The notes under the pieces were generated by a model, which was not told where the DNA came from, searched no databases, and was given only the letters and a program-made list of their open reading frames with translations. Below, one piece after another: positions 53,961 to 64,000 of a stretch of 64,000 nucleotides of DNA; positions within the stretch are counted from its first letter, which is position 1, and each line of letters starts with the position of its first letter. The stretch covers positions 14,818,001-14,882,000 of the forward strand of contig NC_043004.1 in assembly GCF_006345805.1 (NCBI RefSeq), given 5' to 3'. The stretch is from Octopus sinensis (lineage: Eukaryota). A program made the position numbers and the translations under genes.

Positions 53961-55479
53961 CAGGACATGATATATTCCCACGCATACACACATGCATAAA
54001 CACACAAACGCATGCGTATGCATATGTAATAGTGTTAAAAATAATTTATTATAAGACTACAATTGAAAAGTTTTCTCTTTTCATAGATTTATACTTTAAC
54101 GTTTTGCCTTTCTAATACCATATTCTCAGTTCTATAGGTTTTCTTTGCCAAGCTATTTTTACTTACTTTATTTCCTGCTATCTTTCTTGCTGAAATATTT
54201 CTTTCTCGCTAGCAATATAAATTCCCTTTATATTTCCATGAAACCAATATTTTTCAAACTTTTGATCTCTGTTTCATTTATTCAGTCATTTTTCTTATTT
54301 TCTTTCACATTATTTCTGTTACTATCCTTTTCCTTTTTTTTCTTCCTAGTATCGATCTTGTAATAAATATTGATCTCTTATATCGCTAGATGGTCATCTA
54401 TTACTTAACAAGATATATAGTCGATTGTTTCGAGCTGTTACGTATCACTGGTACTTATTTCCTATCTATGAGCGAAAGAAAGAATGAAGTTAATAACGCT
54501 AGTAATATTCGAATAGTGCATACAATAGAAAAATGAATTTTCATATAATATTGCTCCATCACAATTGACAGCTATTCTCCTTTGCTTTCAGTGCTTTTTG
54601 GGGAGTCCATATTTGATTTTGTGGGTAAAATATACCTGCAATAAATTGGTCATACTTCTACAATCCACAAAATATTTTAATTATTTTTATACAATTCTTA
54701 ATAATAAATATAATTGGATTTTTTAAACATTGAATGACTATGAGGGTCCGCCCGCAAAAAATTTTTTTTTCTACGAGAGTTTCAAACCCCAGCAATTTTC
54801 ATACAGTCAATCAGAGCTCACCTTGATCTTTTCATTTTACCAAACACACTCTACTGAGTAAACTCAAGACGAAGAACGGTGTTGTAAGCCGACCGATCGC
54901 CAAGTTATGCCTGATTTTAGAAGACAAGTAATTAGATAGATTTGCATCTATACCTATTATCGGATTTTCTTAGGTAAAGATGTGGATGGGGAAAATGTGG
55001 GTAGAGGTTGATGTGCTAGCAACCCTCTCCCCTTACTGTTTTACAAAGTAAACAACAACACAAATAAATACGCAGAGGCAGCCATGGTTGAAACAAGAAC
55101 AAGAACAAGAAGCATTATCAAAAGTGAAGAGAAGCATGGTCATTCCTTACGTTTCTGCACAACTAAATAACCAATCAATAATTATCAAACAGATTTATTT
55201 AAAAAAAGAAACAACAAAAACACCTAGAATGACTACTCGATAAAAAAATCTAAGCAATAACTCTCTGAGTATGAAATAGACCGTCTAATAAATTCATGGT
55301 ACTGTCTTGGCCAAACGGAGAACATAGAGACATTATGACGGAGCCTAATAGTACAGTTCAACACTTAGGAAATCGCTCCGAGAAACAGATTAAAAACAAA
55401 CTTAACAAATTGAAGTGGCATTTAAATTAATTAACATACATTTTGAAAACCTCCAAAGTGTTTTCTCTTCAAATACTGT

Positions 55480-55830
55480 TCAACAGCAACAACCACAACC
55501 ACCACCACAACAACAAGAACAACAGTGACAACAACAATCACGGTGACAACAACAACAACCACATCAACAACAATAATAACCATCACAGCAGCAACAACAA
55601 CATGTGATTCAGTCTCAACATCTAACACGTGTTAATTCAACCACAATTGATGACTTACTTTATGAACGGTCAACTTTTCGGATTCCAGCTGTTCATGGCT
55701 CATTCAACCAAAGTTTTTTACCCACCCATCAAATACAGCAACAAAAATCACCACCACCACCACCACCATCACCACCACAACAACAACAGCAACAATTACA
55801 GGTACAACAACCACCACAAAGGCAGCAACA
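55480..55830. repeat. Cryptic (CAA)/(CAC) trinucleotide tracts
   Basis: Direct reading. Confidence 0.85.
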
Positions 55831-56212
55831 GACAAAGCTTCAACCTGCTACTCTCCTAATTTGTAATAACTAACTAAATGCTTACTTAATGACCCCAAAC
55901 ACAAATGTACACAAATTAAAATCTATTGCCTCTCACAGCCTACAGACGAAACTCCAAAATATGCCGTTATTCACAAAGCAAGTGGTTGTGCACTGACACT
56001 GATTGACAATTCCCTCAGTTACCAGGGACTAGACCCCCATTTCTACTCACAGTGGCAGCCACCACCAAAGTGTAAATTCTAAAACAATGCCACTAACCCC
56101 GCTTCCGGATCTACTTTATTTTTTCATTCGCAAAATATGCATCTTTTAAAAGGAAGTAAAAAAGAATCTGAAAATCAGCTATAATAATGTAGTCTTCCAA
56201 TCTCATTGCTAT

Positions 56213-56326
56213 GGTCGATAAATTAAGTACCAGTTACGCACTGAGGTCGATGTAATCGACTTAATACCTATGGTTGTCTTTGTTTGTCCCCTCTATGTTT
56301 AGCCCCTTGTGGGTAATAAAGAAATA
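56213..56326 (+). mobile_element. 5'-truncated family B-type SINE with a Tx1-like tail
   Basis: ggtcgataaattaagtaccagttacgcactg core, then the tail gtttgtcccctctatgtttagccccttgtgggtaataaagaaata. Confidence 0.8.
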
Positions 56327-57328
56327 GGTATGATGTAGAGAAAAAAATTAGAAGGATAAGTTACAGAGGTTAATAATCGGAAAACCTCTGTATTTTTAGC
56401 CAACAGCGCGACAGAAATTTTCTGCGTTTAGTGGAGCGGGGTAAACTTTAAGGCTGTACCCTGTGAAAGTTAGCGTCTGTGATATGACCTGTTCGTTGTA
56501 GGATTCTAAATATAATCAACATGTATAATCTTACTGCTTCTTTTGTCTCTTCATTGATTGTATATTTTATAATCGTTTTAAAATTTGTTATATTAATTTA
56601 TCTGTCTGCATGTATTTACTTTATGCGTATTTCAGTATTATGTATACCTGTCAGGTATTTGTGTACATCATTAATATATAAGTGCATGTGAATGTATGTA
56701 GTCATGTATAAGTTCATATGTACATTTATGCATGTGTCTGTGTATGTGTCTATGTGCGTGAAGGTAGCGTATGTCTACAAATCTCCAAAGTTGAGTAACG
56801 TTTTCATGCTTGAATTTGTAAACTAAGATAAGAATAACACTGGTCAACAAATAATTTGTCCCAAGGAAAACAATACCTGTATCTTATATGTTTTTGCTCG
56901 CAGAATTCAAAAATAATGTCAAGTTAACTGTAACATCCACTGTTTCTCTGTTCTACGATATCTCTCTCAGTTCCTGTTACATGGGATAACTTTAATGTAT
57001 GTTCGAAGCGCGGAGTAGATGAAACAGGGACAACTGAAGAAGGGGAATATTCCTTGTGTTGTATGTCTTGTTTCTCTATTTTTTAAGTTGTTTGAAAAAA
57101 AGTTCGTTTGTATGTTTTTGTTTTTATGCTTTCGTTTCTCATCGTGTTCAACGGTTTTTTGATGTCCTGTACCCTTATATGCATGTATATATACATTTAT
57201 ATATAGGTATGTACATATATGTATGTATATATACATACATACATATATATATATATGTATATATATGTATATATATACATATATATATGTCTGTATATAT
57301 GTATACACACACACACACATATATATAT

Positions 57329-57408
<80 letters not shown>

Positions 57409-60400
57409 CATATATATACACTAATATCAAAGACTCAAAATGAGTGTTCAACACCTCCTTGGAGGGTAAATATTCTTCATTTGTGACTTGATAATGTTAG
57501 TCGTCTCTAGGCTGGATGAGAAAATTTCTCAGCCAAGATGGAGATGAGTCTATATCAAGCGAATTCAGCAGACGTAGCCATGTACGTAACTATATTTTAG
57601 TCAACTCAAGCTTTCAGTAGAAGACCATTACTTCATGTCAGTGCTGTGTAATCGAACCAGTAAAATTTACATTACGAGGCAATTCCTTAACGCCACATCT
57701 ATGCCAACTATCTTATTATTCAGAAATAATGTTTTGCTTTGAAGCACAAAGTTTTCAACTCGTGATTTTGATATCAAATATTATCTTTAAGAAACGGAAC
57801 AGTATTATCCTGCAGAACATGAAACGAATCTAATGTGGAAGACATCAAAGATTGATCAAGTATCATTTTCAACTTAACTTTTACTCTCTAACAAAATATT
57901 AATTTCTCTACATACTATGATATATATCCCTTTCATGCTTTTTTGTTTTACATTATGAAATATAATGACCCACGAGCAAAAACAAAAATATAAAAATCTA
58001 CAATAACAAGAACACCAACTACAAGAGAATATTGAACAAGTGAAACAAATAAATATTTCAAATACAATCAGTTATATTTATCTAATATTCTAAACACGTG
58101 ATTTGTTAACTCTTTTAACTTTTATATTAGATATTAATAAAACAATATCCTAATCCAGTCCTTTCTTTCAATAATTTATATTTTATTTCCTGTATTTTTT
58201 CGATCCATGCACGGCTTTAAATTTTCACCTGATGCATGTTAAGAAAATATCATGTAAAATTTCCTATAATCAATACTTTCAGATATGCAGTAGTGATTCT
58301 TTAAATCATGCAAAAGTTATCGGCAAAAATATCGCAGTATTGATCAGTGTTCTGTTTCATTTTTTTTTTGTTTTCCTTTTACTTCTCAAATTTCAATTCT
58401 TTGATTTATATTCCTTTTATTTTTAAAAATATAAATCAAACAATGAGAGAAAATATGAGAATGCTGTTTTATGAATCTTCAATTGGAAAGTAATATTGAT
58501 TGTGTTTGACTGATTGCATGTGCAATTGTTGTAGGAAGAATATAATTGATTGAATTAAACGGTGTATTACTGGTAGTCCTTGAAAAGACTGCGGAAAAAT
58601 GTTTTTGAAGATTATATCGTTGTCGATGCTTTTCATACTAGATACATTATCCTTAACCTAACACTCCAAGGTAAATGTAAAGTGCCCCTACTGTTATGTA
58701 GAACCAATTTATACCACTTATGCCTACCAAAAGAATATTAGTAACATAAAAACAATGAACAGCGTGTAGTAAATAAAAATAGTTGAGTAAACACATTTGA
58801 AAGCTTTATTCAATGGTGGTTGTCACTGACTCAGAATAAGGCTTAAGGCCACACTTTTATAAACCTTGTGTATTTCAAATAGGATATATATGTGCACGCA
58901 TGCCGCACGGATACACCCAACAGGTATGGACACGCATGCGAACAGACACATGTACACTAGCACACGCGCAGCACATTAATGGACATTAAAAACACACATG
59001 CGCGCACACGCGCGCGCACGGGCGGGCACACATATACACACACCATCCTACCCCAAAAAATTCTTTAAACAACACACATCTATTTACACCACCCTGGAAC
59101 CAATCAAAAACAGGCCCCCCCACACACAGACACATATATACATGTATATGCACACGCACAGGGACACACACACTCACACCAATCTCACCTCCATACAGAC
59201 ACACATATACACACGCGGCACCATGTCAAATGCCATCCAAACACATACATGCATACACACACACACACACAACACCATGACAACCACACACGCGGTTGAC
59301 AAACAGACACCATCCTACCAAATCTTACAGACACACAGACACATCTATTCACACCACATATGTATGTATGCACACACACATACACACAAAGACACACACA
59401 CTCACCTCATCCTGACCCCAAAATCATTGATGCTTGAAGGAGAGCCAAAAAAAACAAAAAAACAAAAAAAGGGTACATTCTTTTCAATTCCACATTTCTC
59501 CTAAAACGGACAGGTTAGTTTTAACTTCACCACTATAATAATGTAAATCTTTTTGAACTCATAATATTCTGTATGTGTATACTGAACTTTTTTTAATAAT
59601 TCCTCCTGGAAATTACCCTGAGATGTATAATATATTTGTTTTAATCTTTTCTGCCCATTATTTCAATGAGCTTGTTAAACTTTTTTATATTCTCAACATA
59701 CTGTTGTCACCAAAGACTGTATATTTATATGGATTATAGTACTCTATGGCAACCAATATTCTGTGCATGTTTGAATATACAGATACAGTACCAATATCAA
59801 TTCCTTCCGGGAACTATCTTAAGTATGTCCTTGAGAACGATTATTTATGTAATATTTTGTGCCCAATATTTTAAGGAACTTGTTGGACTTTTTTATGTCC
59901 TTAACATGTCCCTGTTACCAAAGACTGTATATATATATGTAATGTAGCAACTTGCAACAACCAATAATTAACGGAACCAAACTTCCACATGCTACTATTG
60001 ACAAAATTTTTCCAAAGAGTGAAACCGGTAAAGTAAAAAAACATCTTTTAAATTGCATTTTCAAACCTTCTTCCATATATAATTCCACTCGTGCGGTACC
60101 CCACAACTCCACTTTGTTATATATATATATATGCAATTCAAGAAAACAATAATAGCTAAGTGAAAGCAATTATAGTTGAAGAAGAAAGCGAACAGGGATT
60201 AGAGACAGCAGAAGTGTTTTTGCTTCGATAGACAAATTTCGCATCAAATATTCTGAGAATATATAACTTCTTGGTATTGAACAGGATCATGTATTTGAAG
60301 AAAACTCAAATAATTGATTGAATAGATATTGCCTTATTGACAGCAGAAATATTTACGTCATATACAAGGTTTATTTATTGGAAATCATTTTTTTATATGG

Positions 60401-60878
60401 ACGTAAGTGAATATTTAATTATATTGTGTTGTGTCTTTCTTATTTTTTTTCTCTTTTTACATCGCAGTAAACGAACAAATATTGCAATAAATATGTCTAA
60501 AATGACCATGCGGTCACACAGTACATAACGGTTAGTATTTTATTGAGCTTCGAATAATGAATAACTAAATCAATGCCCGGTATATTTCAAATCAAGTCGC
60601 AAATACAAGTAATTTAATGTTGCAAGAAATGTCATCAGTTGCAATTCTGTTTTTGCTAAATAAAACGCTTTCAAGTGATTAAAAAAGATAACGTTACGTT
60701 ACGTTGGAAAAGAAGGAAAGATCCCACAAGACAGGCGTGCTAAAAGACTAGACCAAGTATTTATTTCACAAGCTTTATAAAGATTGGAAAGAATTCGACG
60801 CCAGTAGCAATTGAAATCGTTGTAGAAAATCATAGGTAAATTAGTCTGTTCAACTCTCTACACTCGAATTCATATCAA

Positions 60879-61187
60879 ACAAGTGAACTCAGAGAACTCG
60901 AAGATTAGCCGGAGATGATTTTCAAAATGAGAACATCTGAAATAAACTCGACTGCTCTCACAAAGGAGAGTAATAATGAACCCGACCGCTCTCAAAAATT
61001 AAGTAAAAAAAAAAGTCAGGAAGAATAATCAAGAATCCTTGTCCGGTAACAGATCGATCCCAAAACATAATAAGTTCGTACCAGTTACGAAATCAAATAC
61101 CCCTGAAAGTTTCATCCGAATCCATCCAGCGGATCTTGAGATATCTTGTCAACGGAGAAACAAACACGACAGAAATATAATACCTGA
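60879..61187 (+). mobile_element. Possible non-autonomous Helitron/Helentron-associated element
   Basis: The motif aagtttcatccgaatccatccagcggatcttgagatatcttg resembles HINE/DINE-like cores. This is from memory only and there is a single copy here. Confidence 0.3.
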
Positions 61188-61240
61188 TATATTTTTTACT
61201 TTTTCTTTTACTTGTTTAAGTAGTGTAAACAACTATTATG

Positions 61241-61290
<50 letters not shown>

Positions 61291-61348
61291 CTGGATATTT
61301 TATACATTTAAACATACATACATATATGCACACATATGTACATGAATA

Positions 61349-61387
<39 letters not shown>

Positions 61388-61524
61388 GTGTGTGTGTGTA
61401 TGTGTTTGTTTATGTATGGTATGGTTGTGGGTTTGTGTACAAAGAATGAACACAGAAGGCGAAGAGTTGTATACTATATATAAACGATCTTCATTTTCAG
61501 AGAATTTAAGCATGAAGCATACAT

Positions 61525-61925
61525 TCTTTTCTACTCTAGGCACAAGGCCCGAAATTTTGGGGGAGGGGAGACAGCCTATTAGATCGACCCCAGTACACAA
61601 CTGGTACTTAATCTATTAACACCGAAAGGATGTTAGGCAAAGTCGGCCACGGCGGAATTTGAACTCAGAACATAAAAGGCAGATGAAATACCTATTTCTT
61701 TCCTAGCCACAAGGGGCTAAACACAGAGAGGATAAACAAGGACAGATAAACGGATTAAGTCGATTATATCGACCCCAGTGCGTAACTGGTACTTATTTAA
61801 TCGACCCCGAAAGGAGGAAATGCAAAGTCGACCTCGGCGGAATTTGATCTCAGAACGTAGCGGCAGACGAAATACCGATAAGCATTTCACACGGCGTGCT
61901 AGCATTTCTGCCAGCTCGCCGCCTT
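61525..61925 (-). mobile_element. Composite SINE: family B host (61525-61692 plus 61877-61925) containing a Tx1-tailed SINE unit (61693-61876)
   Basis: Internal repeat ggcagatgaaatacc (61678-61692) and ggcagacgaaatacc (61862-61876). Outer degenerate TSD catgaagcatacatt (61511-61525) and cataaagcatatatt (61926-61940). Confidence 0.8.
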
Positions 61926-61939
61926 CATAAAGCATATAT

Positions 61940-62010
61940 TTCTTTCTACGCTAAGTACAAGGCCCAACATTTTTAGGGAGGGGGCCAGTCTATTACATCG
62001 ATTTCAATAT
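61940..62010 (-). mobile_element. SINE family B 3' tail fragment
   Basis: ttctttctacgctaagtacaaggcccaacatttttagggagggggccagtc. Confidence 0.65.
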
Positions 62011-62522
62011 GCCTTAAATACGAGGAATATATTGTAACATCAAATGAGATGGGCAACCAACCTCGAGGAATCAACAATTTTTCACTTTCAGTATATCATA
62101 ATGGGAATGTAAATTTGTTTAACGTTTTGTGAGAAGGCCATTATTTTACCCCACGTGGTTTTGACTCAATATGCATCCCCAGCACGACATTGCTATAATT
62201 TCATTGCAGCCTGATATGAAACTTAGATACATAGAAAAAGAAGCAGAGAATTTTTAAAACGTTAGAATATTTTCATGAAAACAACGAAAAGTAGCTAAGA
62301 AAAGTAACTTAGGACGTCCCCATAAATGTAATGTATTTATCGGTATTGTAATTCGTGGGATTTATCGAGTCATTTTTTTCTTCTCCCCATTTCACTTCCA
62401 GCATGTTGCAAGTCTTTCTATATCATTTTTTACCTTCTCTCCAGATATATATTTCTCTGTGCTCGTTTCACAGCTTCGCGTAAGATAAGCTTTTGAAAAT
62501 CAGATGTGAACTCGGTAAAATG

Positions 62523-62600
<78 letters not shown>

Positions 62601-62648
62601 CATGTATATATATACACATATATACATACATACATACATACATACATT

Positions 62649-62697
<49 letters not shown>

Positions 62698-62883
62698 GTG
62701 TGTGTGCATAAATATATGTACGTATGTTTGTATGCGTGCATGTCCCAATGTATGTATACGTGTGGGCTTAGAAATATGAACATATGAGCATATGTTTAAA
62801 TATTTTAAGTATATACCTGCACACAAACACAAATATACATGTATATAGATAAATATATATAGTTACATAGGTATGTGTGTATG

Positions 62884-62966
<83 letters not shown>

Positions 62967-63025
62967 TTATGTGCGTATAGAATGATGCATGCATATGTAT
63001 GTACGAATGCAAATCTATCTGTACT

Positions 63026-63088
<63 letters not shown>

Positions 63089-64000
63089 GATTGTGCCTAT
63101 TAAATGGTGTATTCATAACATGAAATTTTCTACTCTATTTTATTACTTGCTTTCGATTGCTCCCAGCTCTTTAATTGCTTTCTCCAAATAAGAGGCAAAT
63201 TTCAATATGTTAATATTTTTTTAAGTCATTCAGCACAGCACATCCCCCATCTACATTAATATCTCGCTGCCATTTTAGCTACTAACAATGATCACGATTT
63301 TCCTTGAAGCATAAAAATTATATCTTCCCTGATATTAATTCATAATTTCTCGAAGTACTCTCCCCGTAGTGAGAGTCACTAACAATTCCCTCCAAATTTC
63401 TATTTTTTGTCCTCCTAAGGGAAAATTTCCATTCAATGACAATTTCCTGCCTGCGGAATTCGGTGTATCAGCACCTATTTCAAATATTTAAATTCACATT
63501 TTTTTTCTATTGTAGTTATTACATTCAGCGAACATTCTGTGCGTGTGTATAAACATAGGTAGTGAAATAAATACAACTATATATACACAAGCACGCACGC
63601 AGGCACACACAAACACACAAACACAGACATATACACACATACACAATGGAAATGCAAAATTATAGACAAATGAAATAAATAATATTAACAGTGAATATCG
63701 AAGCCTAAAGGGAATTTCGCATTTTTCCATCTAGTGGGTATTTAACCCAATACATTACATTTGATTATTTGTAGATTTTCCCATTACGAGATTCACTGCT
63801 TCACACGCGCACATACACACACATACACACACACACAAACACACACACACACACATATGCATATATATTGTTTTATTTCGTGATGGTTATTTTAATTATT
63901 TATTCTTTTGGCACTGTTATTTTATTATTTTAACGCCTGTCCGTTGTCCGAAAATCTTTCGACACACAGCTGTGAACTCTTCAGCGACACTTATCGTTTC

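Noticed and set aside
55604-55873. Poly-P/poly-Q or poly-H ORF resembling a transcription-factor low-complexity region
   Set aside because: It derives from CAC/CAA triplet tracts, with no flanking domain or convincing splice context.
56960-57176. CTGAAGA (57034-57040) plus a hairpin as a possible hammerhead or Penelope end
   Set aside because: There is no GAAA after the putative stem II and the topology does not close.
59915-60169. Possible CR1/L2 3'-end relic (MQFKRCFFTLPVS)
   Set aside because: The similarity is too weak to support by eye.

Overview
This is AT-rich, microsatellite-dense animal genomic DNA. The SINE repertoire and the (TA)n/(TAA)n/(TACA)n density suggest an octopus-like cephalopod, which is an inference from recalled repeat families. 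No host protein-coding gene, rRNA, true tRNA gene or CRISPR array can be supported, and nearly all ORFs in the track are microsatellite artefacts. The window is a retroelement graveyard. It holds at least five tRNA-derived SINE families, four R4/Dong-clade LINE pieces in (TAA)n tracts (one with an intact zinc-knuckle plus restriction-like endonuclease ORF), and a ~550-bp non-coding TAA-associated element in 3 copies. It also holds an RTE LINE remnant, three mariner remnants and Penelope-like fold-backs, one with a hammerhead-like motif. The most striking signal is an apparent site-specific Tx1-clade system that targets SINE heads between their Pol III A and B boxes. A Tx1 ORF2 3' fragment with a 15-bp TSD and an ORF1-only (HAL1-like) element interrupt two copies of one SINE at exactly the same nucleotide. 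A SINE carrying the same Tx1-type 3' tail sits inside the head of a second SINE family. All share a 3'-terminal stem-loop followed by GAAATA. Coordinates were read by eye and may be off by a few bases. Family names A-E and X are local labels.
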